Below, piece by piece: positions 47,724 through 56,496 of a stretch of 64,000 nucleotides of DNA (its first letter is position 1; every line of letters starts with the position of its first letter). The position numbers and the translations under genes were made by a program. This DNA is from a virus (taxonomy: Duplodnaviria > Caudoviricetes), in the IMG/VR virus record IMGVR_UViG_3300027969_000040; one strand, given 5' to 3'. The notes under the pieces are model-generated. The model had not been told where the DNA came from. It saw only the letters and a program-made list of their open reading frames with translations, and made no database searches.

Positions 47724-48979
47724 TTGACTGCATCCTCGTAGTGAGCCCAAATACCAAACGGTGGTTGAGCAGATTCATTACCTTTAATAATCCAAACAGT
47801 ATCGCAGTAGTTGGCATCACCCCAAGACCCATTTGGGTAACCGTCAGTGAACACAACCAACTTCTTAGGCTCAATTCCGTTCTCTTTCATGAATTCAAAG
47901 TTGGCTTCAAACAAAGTGCCACCGCCACCTGCTGGCTCGTACTCGGAAATTTGTTTCATGTTGTCTTGTGTGAATTCTTGCATATTATGAACATCAGTAT
48001 CAAAACACCACACTTTAATTTTGTAGTCGGTATAAGAATCCATAATGCCTTGGATTTCTCCTAAGAATATTTTAAGTTCTTCGTTACCAATACTACCTGA
48101 AGTATCAATGGCTACACAGATATCAACAGTTTCTCCATACTTGGTACCTGGCAAGATAGCATCCATATGCCAGCCTCTGCGGTTAACTCGCATAAAGCTG
48201 TAGTCATCTTTGATTGTACTTTGAATCTGTTGCAACAATAATTCGCGCCAGTCGATAACCGACTCAGTCATATCTTTAATTAGACGCTTGACACCATCGG
48301 GCAAATCATTAGAACCAGCAGCCTGTGCGGCCTGCAATACTGCTTCTTTGATTTCGTCACGCATGGCTTTGCGTTCGTCTTTGCTCAGTTTAGGCCGACC
48401 GTTGCCATCGCCGTCTTGATCACCATCACCATTGCCATCACTGTCATCTTCGTCTAGATGCTCATCCAACATTTGATCAATTAATTTTTTAATGTCGATC
48501 TTTTTTGCATTCTTATACAAGTCGTCGTAGACTTCCTCGTAGCTCATGCCGCGATACTTGCGATCTAGTAGAATTGGAACAGTGGTAATTTTTTGACCAA
48601 TATTGTGATCTACTAGATCTTGATTAACGCAATAGTCAGCGGCAATGTTACTAAGCACCGGGTCACGATTTTCACGACGTCCCAAATGATCATATACCAC
48701 ATGCAACACTTCATGCCCAAACAAGAACTCGCATTCTTTTAAACTTAGGCGATTAATAAATTCGCTATTGTACCAAAAATTACGACCGTCGGTAGCGGCA
48801 GTAGAGCACCAACTATCACCATTGATTAATTTTAACCGTGTTGCCAAGTTACCAAAGAACCCAGCTCGCAATAACAAACCTACACGAGCTGTAATAAGTT
48901 TTTCGCGGGCAATTGCATCAATCTTGGGATTAGTAACTGTAACGACTTTTTGCTTTTCTGCTAGGGTAGTGTCAGACAT
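47720..48979 (-). CDS. Putative metallopeptidase (HExxH) - VWA domain protein (DUF2201-like)
   Basis: TAATDG, HEVLH, NIAADYCVN, acidic linker, MIDAS DTSGS, GGGGT.F, VFTDG. Confidence 0.9.
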   Translation of the reverse strand: MSDTTLAEKQKVVTVTNPKIDAIAREKLITARVGLLLRAGFFGNLATRLKLINGDSWCSTAATDGRNFWYNSEFINRLSLKECEFLFGHEVLHVVYDHLGRRENRDPVLSNIAADYCVNQDLVDHNIGQKITTVPILLDRKYRGMSYEEVYDDLYKNAKKIDIKKLIDQMLDEHLDEDDSDGNGDGDQDGDGNGRPKLSKDERKAMRDEIKEAVLQAAQAAGSNDLPDGVKRLIKDMTESVIDWRELLLQQIQSTIKDDYSFMRVNRRGWHMDAILPGTKYGETVDICVAIDTSGSIGNEELKIFLGEIQGIMDSYTDYKIKVWCFDTDVHNMQEFTQDNMKQISEYEPAGGGGTLFEANFEFMKENGIEPKKLVVFTDGYPNGSWGDANYCDTVWIIKGNESAQPPFGIWAHYEDAVK

Positions 48980-49001
48980 AATATATCCTGGTTAAAATTG
49001 T

Positions 49002-49030
49002 ATTATACACTATTCTTATCCGTTTGTCAA
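49002..49030 (-). promoter_or_regulatory. Perfect sigma70 consensus promoter for the VWA gene
   Basis: TTGACA - 17 nt - TATAAT. Confidence 0.85.
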
Positions 49031-49033
49031 GAT

Positions 49034-49059
49034 AAAAAAGAGGCTTGCGCCCCTTTTTT
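49034..49059 (-). terminator. Rho-independent terminator after the AAA ATPase gene
   Basis: GGGGC-GCAA-GCCUC stem (GNRA loop, one G-U) followed by a U-run. Confidence 0.75.
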
Positions 49060-50158
49060 ATTTAACTGCGGCAACCACGTACTTACCAAAACGCTTATGG
49101 AACTCGTCAAAGTTCTTGATCTTGCCAGGCACAAACGGAATGCCGTATGTGGTAATAGCAATACGCGATGCCATAACTACTAATTCAGTAGTGAAATTAT
49201 CCATGATGAAGCGGAAGAAATTATCCGTCATCTTAATCCACTCTTCTGACTTTGGACCCAGTTTATCAAAAGAATCTTTGAGCTCATAGCATAAGCTGAT
49301 AGTCAAAGAGTACATAGCACTGATCTCTTTAATTTTGAGTTCGGTAATACGACCTTTCAACACTTCAACTGGGTCGGGCATCTGACCTGCTACTTTACGA
49401 TGAGCCATAAACTTAACTGCAAGCCCTTCGCCTACTGCACCAGAGATCAAGTCAACAGTGCCAGAGTCCATGCCATCATCATCGTCTAGAAGTTCGCTAA
49501 CAAAGACCCACGAACGTGGTGTAGCAAAGGACCGTGTACTAGAGCGTGGATCAAAGTCGAACAAGTCTTGTTTAGCAAAACTCAAGTAACCAACCACATC
49601 TTTATGGATCTTGTTGTTAACTGCCCATGTCTGCCAGGATTCAAAGTCTACTCGTAGTTCCATATGAATAAAACGATTGCTCAATGGACTAGGCATACGG
49701 AAAGTAACACCTTTGTCGCTTTCGCGATTACCAGCCGCAACCATAACAACATTCTTAGGCAATACATACTTGCCGATACGACGGTTTAGAATAAGTTGAT
49801 AAGCCGCTGCCTGCACACTTGGAGCCGCTGAGTTTAGCTCATCAAGGAACAGAACAATAATAGGATACTGACTGGCCATTTCTTCGTCGGGCAAATCGAT
49901 AGGAGGAGCCCAATCCATTTTACTTTTTTCTTTGTTGAAGAAAGGAATGCCGCGCAGGTCAGTTGGATCCATCTGGCTTAGACGCAGATCAATCATATGC
50001 CCGCCCAAGTCTTCAGTAATGCCAGCTACCAGCTCGCTCTTACCAATTCCCGGGGGACCCCAAAAGAACACAGGTCGTTGTTTCTTAAAACAACGCATGA
50101 GACCACGACGTGCCTCAACTGGAGTAACTGTACGTGCATCTGAAATCTGAGTAGCCAT
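49058..50158 (-). CDS. MoxR-like AAA+ ATPase
   Basis: Walker A GPPGIGKS, DLRGIP, Walker B LFLDE, NRIG/AAGN, LSNRF.H, TPRSW. Confidence 0.92.
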   Translation of the reverse strand: MATQISDARTVTPVEARRGLMRCFKKQRPVFFWGPPGIGKSELVAGITEDLGGHMIDLRLSQMDPTDLRGIPFFNKEKSKMDWAPPIDLPDEEMASQYPIIVLFLDELNSAAPSVQAAAYQLILNRRIGKYVLPKNVVMVAAGNRESDKGVTFRMPSPLSNRFIHMELRVDFESWQTWAVNNKIHKDVVGYLSFAKQDLFDFDPRSSTRSFATPRSWVFVSELLDDDDGMDSGTVDLISGAVGEGLAVKFMAHRKVAGQMPDPVEVLKGRITELKIKEISAMYSLTISLCYELKDSFDKLGPKSEEWIKMTDNFFRFIMDNFTTELVVMASRIAITTYGIPFVPGKIKNFDEFHKRFGKYVVAAVK

Positions 50159-50254
50159 GATAACCTTTCAAGTTAAATAAAAATGTATTATAGCATACAA
50201 TCAATAACCCGCACAATTGTATGGGTATTGATTGTAGTATTTTTGCAACACCTA

Positions 50255-50548
50255 TTAGGCTACTACAGCCTCATCCAAAACCAGCTCTAACATGCTGGCA
50301 GGAACTTTCCAAAGACCGTTGGTAGTTCGCACTGTGACGAACTTAATGGCAATTTTTTGAACAGTACCACGTACTAACATTCCGCGCCTGGAGTCACGAA
50401 ACTGCACGGTATCTCCTAAGTCCAGAGCACGGCGATTCTGTTTTGTTAGTTGGGCACGGGCAAACTTAACTGCATCAATAATGCTGGTCAGCTGATCGTT
50501 AGTAAAATCACCAAACATAATAGCGGTATTAATTTGAGTAATGTTCAT
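50255..50548 (-). CDS. Hypothetical protein (SH3-like C-terminus)
   Basis: 97 aa; GDTVQF...G.VQKIA.K.V.V....LWKVPASML. Confidence 0.65.
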   Translation of the reverse strand: MNITQINTAIMFGDFTNDQLTSIIDAVKFARAQLTKQNRRALDLGDTVQFRDSRRGMLVRGTVQKIAIKFVTVRTTNGLWKVPASMLELVLDEAVVA

Positions 50549-50571
50549 AAAAGACTCCAGTTAGTTAAAGG

Positions 50572-50799
50572 TTAAACAGTTTCAATTTCAAGTTTAGTAA
50601 CACGCATTGCCTTGAGATTTTGATGAGTAGCACACAGGCGAACTGAATAATCATGTCCGGCGATCTGACCAACTAAGATATCAATCCAAGGAACAACTTG
50701 GTTGGCAGCGTTGAGGTTCAACGAAATGTTAGTGATAACACCTTCGAGATTGCCGGCTGCACTAGTCCAAGTAACTGTATCGTTAACATTAAGATTCAT
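50572..50799 (-). CDS. Hypothetical protein
   Basis: GGAG RBS; sigma70 promoter upstream. Confidence 0.65.
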   Translation of the reverse strand: MNLNVNDTVTWTSAAGNLEGVITNISLNLNAANQVVPWIDILVGQIAGHDYSVRLCATHQNLKAMRVTKLEIETV

Positions 50800-50831
50800 A
50801 ATCAACTCCGTTTGTTGCTGTCTATGTATGT

Positions 50832-50860
50832 ATTATAGTGCCTTTCGGGCTAGCAGTCAA
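50832..50860 (-). promoter_or_regulatory. sigma70-type early promoter
   Basis: TTGACT - 17 nt - TATAAT. Confidence 0.8.
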
Positions 50861-50907
50861 CCGTTTTTTGTGGAATTTTTACAGATTTTTTGTTGTTTTT
50901 AAACAAC

Positions 50908-50932
50908 AAAGTGGGCCTAAAGCCCACTTTTT
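50908..50932. terminator. Rho-independent terminator (possibly bidirectional)
   Basis: AAAGTGGGC-CTAAA-GCCCACTTT with flanking A/T runs. Confidence 0.75.
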
Positions 50933-50952
50933 GCTGGTTTTTTCAGCAGTTT

Positions 50953-51225
50953 TTACTTCTTGCTAGTACCTTGGTTTACAAAACCGTACATTTTTTCAGC
51001 AGTTTCTAGAACTTTGTCTAGTCCCGGAAAAGTTGGCATTGCTACTGTACTAACGATTTGACCTGTCTTCTCGTCACGAGTAGCAGTCAATTCCCATCCT
51101 TGGAATTTAGCATGGAAATCGTCTTGTACTAGGCTTTTAGCCATGCCTAAGATATCAGTGCGGATTTCATAACCGTTTTTGTTGAATTTAATTTCTGGTG
51201 TTTTTGGTAGTTCAAATGTTGACAT
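50953..51225 (-). CDS. Hypothetical protein (MSTFELPKTPEIKFNKNGYEIRTDIL...)
   Basis: ATG at 51225 with an AAGGAG RBS; the ORF track's longer 5' extension overlaps the upstream gene. Confidence 0.75.
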   Translation of the reverse strand: MSTFELPKTPEIKFNKNGYEIRTDILGMAKSLVQDDFHAKFQGWELTATRDEKTGQIVSTVAMPTFPGLDKVLETAEKMYGFVNQGTSKK

Positions 51226-51226
51226 A

Positions 51227-51505
51227 TTATTCTCCTTGTGTGTTAATGTCTGTGTTGGCTGATTTTTTGACAGTCTTTGCCTTGACTGTTTTTTCCTCCG
51301 TTTGAGGATAGAAAACTTTACTAATTGAGTCGACGCTATAAGTGAGCATTTCGATTGTGTTGTTGACAATCATTTTACCAAATACTGTTTGAGCATCGAT
51401 AAAATTATTTGCAACTTTGTTTAGTCTATCGTCGGTGTAGACTTTGTTAGTCATCATTCTTTTAGATGACTGGAAGAGATCGATGTAAAAATCGGGTGTA
51501 AACAT
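51227..51505 (-). CDS. Phasin-like amphipathic helical protein
   Basis: 92 aa, helical N-terminus with a Lys-rich KTVKAKTVKK tail; the phasin resemblance is by eye only. Confidence 0.45.
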   Translation of the reverse strand: MFTPDFYIDLFQSSKRMMTNKVYTDDRLNKVANNFIDAQTVFGKMIVNNTIEMLTYSVDSISKVFYPQTEEKTVKAKTVKKSANTDINTQGE

Positions 51506-51574
51506 AATTGTGTCCTTGTGTGTATGTTAACTTATTTAGCTACTTAATGCAATAGCTAAACAGTTTTTAGTGGA

Positions 51575-51709
51575 TTAAATCCACCCTTTAAAGTCTTCCA
51601 TCATGATTCTCTTGGCACCTGCGTGATCACCACGTTGTGCAAGATGAGTAGCTGCACGGGCTTTGCCCATGTCGCCCAAAAAGTTATAAATTGATTTAAG
51701 TAATTTCAT
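51575..51709 (-). CDS. Small hypothetical protein (44 aa; MKLLKSIYNFLGDMGKARAATHLAQRG...KGWI)
   Basis: Manual translation; ATGA overlap with the upstream ORF. Confidence 0.55.
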   Translation of the reverse strand: MKLLKSIYNFLGDMGKARAATHLAQRGDHAGAKRIMMEDFKGWI

Positions 51710-51882
51710 ATCCACCCCTTTCCTGCGTGATGCAAATCAAATTGACGTGTCAGACGATCTACATCACATGTATTTTGTGGTGCGTGTCTAACAATATATT
51801 CTTCTAATGCCGATCCGTAAGTTTGTGGCTTTTCAAATGCCTGAAAAATCTTTTGGAAATAACCGGCTAGCTGGTTTAACAT
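51706..51882 (-). CDS. DUF3563-like small protein (58 aa; MLNQLAGYF...LEEYI...DVDRLTRQFD...KGWI)
   Basis: Manual translation; AGGAG RBS; E.Y....DV.RL.R.FD pattern resembles DUF3563. Confidence 0.55.
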   Translation of the reverse strand: MLNQLAGYFQKIFQAFEKPQTYGSALEEYIVRHAPQNTCDVDRLTRQFDLHHAGKGWI

Positions 51883-51943
51883 ATTTTTCTCCTGTGTGTA
51901 ATGTTAGTAAAAACTCATGGTTTCTACTTACGTATTTACCTTG

Positions 51944-52327
51944 TCAAGATATATTCTGCGTATGATCTAGGTAAGATTGGAGGTTATTGTTATATAGAGT
52001 AAGAGCTAAACTAGTAACATCGTCGAACGTGCTAATAGAGGATTCATTCCTTATTAAATAAGGTTGTGTTAAAAACTTTTCTAATTGTACTAAAGTTTTT
52101 GGTAAAATATTGTGTTGGAGATTGTGTGAATAGTGTTGCACACCAAGTGCCACAAACTCGGAAAATCCTTCAAAAGTCAATCGCATGCTACGATCATTTG
52201 TAGGATTATACCAATACCTTATTCGGAAGTAATTGATTGAATGCTGCTCTACTTGCCCTGGAAATTTTTTTGTTTTTAACTCAACTAATGCTTTAGACCA
52301 TTCAAGTTGAGTTTTAACAATTGTCAT
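51944..52327 (-). CDS. Hypothetical protein
   Basis: 127 aa; coupled to the upstream ORF. Confidence 0.65.
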   Translation of the reverse strand: MTIVKTQLEWSKALVELKTKKFPGQVEQHSINYFRIRYWYNPTNDRSMRLTFEGFSEFVALGVQHYSHNLQHNILPKTLVQLEKFLTQPYLIRNESSISTFDDVTSLALTLYNNNLQSYLDHTQNIS

Positions 52328-52617
52328 ACAGCTGAATAAACAACAGGTCCTTGATTTAGTAAAACAACAGTAAAACTCTCAGTTTTAAATTGAGTGTTTA
52401 ATTTTTTCGCTAAACTAATAGCATGCCCCGGATTTGAAAAAGATACTTTTCTGTATTTTGGGCCAGGGTAGCTTACTAATATATTTTGTGTTTTTAAATT
52501 TACAGGTTTACCATTGTAATAAACTGCCCAAATTCCATCCGACGCTAGTACTTGGTCGCATTTATAGTTTGTTTTATTTAGATTTTCTAAAATTACAACA
52601 GGTTTGGGTCTACTCAT
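52324..52617 (-). CDS. Conserved hypothetical phage protein (MSRPKP...GPKYRKVSFSNPGHA)
   Basis: 97 aa; AGGA RBS; TAAATA at 52650-52655. Confidence 0.75.
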   Translation of the reverse strand: MSRPKPVVILENLNKTNYKCDQVLASDGIWAVYYNGKPVNLKTQNILVSYPGPKYRKVSFSNPGHAISLAKKLNTQFKTESFTVVLLNQGPVVYSAV

Positions 52618-52674
52618 AACTCAGTCCTTTGATATATCATCATGTACTTTATTTATGCGTAGTTAATTAACTCT

Positions 52675-53139
52675 TTATTGTATTACTTCCAATAATTTAG
52701 AATTTGCTTCGCTCTGTGTGATAAATGGACCAAAAAATTTATTTCTGGCCAGCACAATTTTCTTAGGACAAAACACACTAGACCATTCGTCTTCTATATT
52801 AACTAAGTAATACCCTGCACAGTAAAAACTTTTACTTTTTGGTTCTTTAGTAAACAACGGCAACCTGGACTTTAAATCAAATATGCCATTATAGGGGATA
52901 CTATCACAAGGAAATTCGAGAACTTGGTTGGTATTCTCTTTTTTTGCTTTCCCTATCTTGGTGGGTGCAATGTTGTATTTAGAACTTAATATCTTAAATG
53001 ATGGAAACTTTTCACGTGATGTACCACGTACTAGAACAACACCATCGGGCGCGGCCTGTATAGTACCTATTTTTTGGCCATTGTTTTCAACAATCCAAAA
53101 TTTATTTTTAATAACTGTTTTAGCAATCATTGAACTCAT
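52675..53139 (-). CDS. Hypothetical protein
   Basis: 154-aa ORF. Confidence 0.7.
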   Translation of the reverse strand: MSSMIAKTVIKNKFWIVENNGQKIGTIQAAPDGVVLVRGTSREKFPSFKILSSKYNIAPTKIGKAKKENTNQVLEFPCDSIPYNGIFDLKSRLPLFTKEPKSKSFYCAGYYLVNIEDEWSSVFCPKKIVLARNKFFGPFITQSEANSKLLEVIQ

Positions 53140-53149
53140 AATTAATCCT

Positions 53150-53557
53150 TTATTTTGTTTTTTCTGCTATCTCTTTATAACCTGCCCAACTGGGATGAAT
53201 ACCATCTGGTTGTAATCGAGTAATGGGAATAACAGTATCGCCAAAGCCAGATGCCACTTCCTGAACTATTGCTTGTATCTCAGGTTTAATAGCAGGTAAT
53301 ATCCAATAAACTCTTTTAGCTGATACCAATTGACGTATCCGTGCAATCTCTTCTCGAGTATGTACACCTTTGTGATCATTTGATCCTAGACTAATGATTA
53401 GAGTTTCGGCTTTGGGCAATGCACCTTGATCTCCAACGAGATATTGCTTGCGCCATTGCCAGCTATTAATTCCACCTTTGGCAATGGCCACACAATCAGG
53501 GCGAAATTGTTTTGTACCAACAGCAATGCTGTCACCTATAATTAGACAATCAATCAT
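53150..53557 (-). CDS. SGNH/GDSL hydrolase family protein
   Basis: Blocks IIGDSIA, GG, GSND, DGIHP. Confidence 0.85.
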   Translation of the reverse strand: MIDCLIIGDSIAVGTKQFRPDCVAIAKGGINSWQWRKQYLVGDQGALPKAETLIISLGSNDHKGVHTREEIARIRQLVSAKRVYWILPAIKPEIQAIVQEVASGFGDTVIPITRLQPDGIHPSWAGYKEIAEKTK

Positions 53558-54555
53558 ATAACTGGATTAGGATAACTTGATCCTAGCAATTCACCAAAAC
53601 TAGTAGCATTCTCGCTTAACTTGTTTAATTCAAATTTACCACAGAACTTTAGAAACTGAGCGCCAACCATGGGTTTGGATTTAACAATGCTATTCTCGGC
53701 AATAGTCTCTGCTATCTTCAGTTTAATATTGTCAGGTTGGGCAGACAAATCAACTAGTACACGATTGCGCTCGTAGTCGTCTTTAACTCTGTGCTCTTGA
53801 CCATTGTGGTCAGACCAACGTTGCAACATGAGATTGTTCCAGGAAAATCCTTTATGATCTCGGTCGTTGTAGGCTTCTTCCAATCCCACCTTGTTCTTGC
53901 TGCCTTTAGTACGCACACCCGGATAGGCACTAAAGACATTATCAGTGGGGTCGCCACGCATACATTTCTCAAATAGTATCCAGCTGGGGTCGGGGATACG
54001 TTTAGGTTCTTTGGTCTTTTTATCAATTACAGGTTTGCCTTTTTTATCAAGGATACCATCTAAGGTATGCAATTCATCTGCAATACCATTATATTGTTTT
54101 ACGTTAGTAGCCAACAACTGATGAAAATCGGTGTCGCTGCTAACAATAACATGATTGTCAAGTGGATGACTTTGTATCCACCCTGCAATTAAATCATCTG
54201 CTTCTAACTCAGGATGACGTAAGGTAGTACAGTTAGTGCGATCGGTGAAGAAATCCTTAAGAGAATCAAGTCCTTCCCAAAACATCTTATCTTCTTCTTG
54301 TTCTACTACAGTAGCAGCGGCTCTGGCTACTGTACGATTGGCTTTATAAGGAGGATAAAAGTCCTTACGCCACGATCGGCCTTCGTTGCAGATAACTACA
54401 TGATCAGCACGTTGATCTCTCCAGCATTTATTAATGCTGCTCATAGTTACGTGTAATCCAAATGCTACTCGTTCTTCTAAAGTACTGCCTCTATGTGCAG
54501 CATGACGAGCTCGGAAATAAGTATTTGCTAAATCAATGAGTAGGTATGTAGTCAT
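53554..54555 (-). CDS. rnh: T4 RNase H-like 5'-3' exonuclease (FEN family)
   Basis: LIDLAN, EGRSWRK..YP.YKANR, EADDLIA, SSDTDF.QL, GD.TDNV. Confidence 0.9.
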   Translation of the reverse strand: MTTYLLIDLANTYFRARHAAHRGSTLEERVAFGLHVTMSSINKCWRDQRADHVVICNEGRSWRKDFYPPYKANRTVARAAATVVEQEEDKMFWEGLDSLKDFFTDRTNCTTLRHPELEADDLIAGWIQSHPLDNHVIVSSDTDFHQLLATNVKQYNGIADELHTLDGILDKKGKPVIDKKTKEPKRIPDPSWILFEKCMRGDPTDNVFSAYPGVRTKGSKNKVGLEEAYNDRDHKGFSWNNLMLQRWSDHNGQEHRVKDDYERNRVLVDLSAQPDNIKLKIAETIAENSIVKSKPMVGAQFLKFCGKFELNKLSENATSFGELLGSSYPNPVI

Positions 54556-54561
54556 ACCGCA

Positions 54562-54590
54562 ATGTTAACATAGATTTGTTTGACTGTCAA
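54562..54590 (-). promoter_or_regulatory. sigma70-type promoter for rnh
   Basis: TTGACA - 17 nt - TAACAT. Confidence 0.6.
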
Positions 54591-55036
54591 CGGTACTCTG
54601 ATCGATTCGAGTCTAATTTTGTTTTATTTACATAACGTGTATCAGGATCTGCTTGTTCTTGCTCAAATGCTTCGGTTAATACATTTCGGCAAATTTCCTG
54701 GAACCACAAATCAACAATTTGTTGATCGGTCTTTCCTTTGTATCCTGCACGAACCAACTTGGCCAAGAAAATCTCATTCCAGTCTAGCTCGAATGCACCA
54801 TTGCCAACATTATCAGGATCAATTTCTACACCAATAACAGATACCCATGGTTCACCGGCAGCAGTAGCTTTATCTTTTTCTGACGTTACCGATACTGCTA
54901 CTACAGGCTCTTTAGGCTTGCTTTTACTACGGCGTGCTTTCGGTGCTTTGGGTTCTTCGGGGACTACAACCGGATTGGCCTCGGGCGGTGGCAGTATAGA
55001 TTCTTTTTTTCCAAATACTTTATCAAATAGTCCCAT
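54587..55036 (-). CDS. Conserved hypothetical protein
   Basis: 149 aa; EPWVSV...N.G.FELDWN..F...L..AGY. Confidence 0.75.
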   Translation of the reverse strand: MGLFDKVFGKKESILPPPEANPVVVPEEPKAPKARRSKSKPKEPVVAVSVTSEKDKATAAGEPWVSVIGVEIDPDNVGNGAFELDWNEIFLAKLVRAGYKGKTDQQIVDLWFQEICRNVLTEAFEQEQADPDTRYVNKTKLDSNRSEYR

Positions 55037-55058
55037 GATTTTAAATCTTTCTTTATAG

Positions 55059-55154
55059 TTATTCTCTATCTACTCTAGCATCTTCGTTGGAACGATAGCA
55101 CATATATAATACGCCTACAATATAACCAAGAAAGAAACACAAAAAGTAATTCAT
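55059..55154 (-). CDS. Small putative membrane protein (31 aa)
   Basis: Manual translation MNYFLCFFLGYIVGVLYMCYRSNEDARVDRE; fills the gap between neighbours. Confidence 0.4.
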   Translation of the reverse strand: MNYFLCFFLGYIVGVLYMCYRSNEDARVDRE

Positions 55155-55155
55155 G

Positions 55156-55353
55156 CTAGTTAATGCCAAACCGTTGTTTAATCATGCCAGCTGCTCCCAA
55201 ACTGGTCATTTGAGTAGTACTGCCTTTATCACATATATCAATGCACTCTAATAGGATTAGTTTTGCAAAACGCTCTTGTATATCCGGATTAATGTCAGGA
55301 TAAAAACTTCCACCGGCCATTAATTGTAAATTTTTAAGTAATTCTTTATTCAT
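55156..55353 (-). CDS. Hypothetical protein
   Basis: MNKELL...ERFAKLILLECIDIC; starts right after the queE stop. Confidence 0.6.
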   Translation of the reverse strand: MNKELLKNLQLMAGGSFYPDINPDIQERFAKLILLECIDICDKGSTTQMTSLGAAGMIKQRFGIN

Positions 55354-55354
55354 A

Positions 55355-56221
55355 TTAAGTACCCCACTCATTTTTAAATAACGGTACTTGTAGCCTATCG
55401 CTGTACCGTAGTCCGTGTTTCATTGCCAACAATGCCACATTACGATTGTTTAATGCATACACACTTTCAACACCGCCCACTGGCATTAGATACACATGCC
55501 CTGTAAATCCTGCTGTACGATATTCAGCAATGGCACGTTCTGCATCTTCAAAATCTTCCTGTGTGGCAATAACAAACTTTAAATATGCTGTGCCGTATTC
55601 TTCATATTCACAAACTACTTCGGGTAGAATAGCTTCTTCCCACTTCTCACCACTACAAGGCAATTTGGCACTTACTGAGAAGGTAATCTCACGCCAAAAG
55701 TCTTGATCATGATGTGATTTCCATATGTGCAAATACAAAGCAAAGTCTAGAGCAAGTTTCTGAGTACCATTGGTTTCAAATGTAATTTCTTTCAAGCCGG
55801 CCATCTTGGGATGATTTAATAAATCTGGATAAGCACGTTGCCATCCCAGCAATGGTTCGCCTCCGGTGATAACCAAATGCTCATCGCGCCACTCACCATG
55901 CGGAAGTATTTCCATAATGCGTTCTACAATTGCATCTGTCGTTAACATTGGACTTAGATCTTTAAATGCTGGATCCCAACTAGCATAGCTATCGCAGCCT
56001 GTGCTTACTAACGGAAGCTCTTCGTACTTTTGAAAAGGGGTAACCAATGAATGTGTAGCTGCAATACCAGCAGCCTCCATACTTAATTCTCCGCGTGGCA
56101 TACCAAACCCTGCACATTTGAAATTACATCCAAATGTGCGTAAGAATACAGACGGTACACCCATGTAACGTCCTTCACCTTGTATGCTGTAGAACAGTTC
56201 TGCTATTTTAATTTTGCTCAT
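55355..56221 (-). CDS. queE: 7-carboxy-7-deazaguanine synthase (radical SAM)
   Basis: ELFYSIQGEG...G.PSVFLRTFGCN..C...GCD, VITGGEP, ETNG, RYSDRLQV; co-located with folE and queD. Confidence 0.92.
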   Translation of the reverse strand: MSKIKIAELFYSIQGEGRYMGVPSVFLRTFGCNFKCAGFGMPRGELSMEAAGIAATHSLVTPFQKYEELPLVSTGCDSYASWDPAFKDLSPMLTTDAIVERIMEILPHGEWRDEHLVITGGEPLLGWQRAYPDLLNHPKMAGLKEITFETNGTQKLALDFALYLHIWKSHHDQDFWREITFSVSAKLPCSGEKWEEAILPEVVCEYEEYGTAYLKFVIATQEDFEDAERAIAEYRTAGFTGHVYLMPVGGVESVYALNNRNVALLAMKHGLRYSDRLQVPLFKNEWGT

Positions 56222-56496
56222 AGTGGTATATAAATGTTAGACCATTTTTTAAGTTTTACAATCTTGGCTTTTTTTGCAATTTCTAAGTTGTCTATGGATA
56301 TTACACCCAATTCAAGCATGATGTCAATCATTGCGAGCATATCGCCCAATTCTTCTTCGAGATGTTCTCGATTAGTTTTAGGTTTACCCGGTTTTACATT
56401 ATCAGCACCAAATCGATTAATTTTGCTAACTGCTTGAATTACCTCTGCACATTCCTCTTGAAGAATGTCCATTACTTCTTTTTCTCTGGCGTTCAT
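56218..56496 (-). CDS. MazG-like nucleotide pyrophosphohydrolase
   Basis: ILQEECAEVIQAVSK...LEEELGDMLAMI (EExxE / EExxD); ATGA overlaps with queD and queE. Confidence 0.85.
   Translation of the reverse strand: MNAREKEVMDILQEECAEVIQAVSKINRFGADNVKPGKPKTNREHLEEELGDMLAMIDIMLELGVISIDNLEIAKKAKIVKLKKWSNIYIPL

Noticed and set aside
51226-51369. 5' extension of the 50953 ORF in the ORF track
   Set aside because: Overlaps the phasin-like gene; the strong RBS supports the ATG at 51225.
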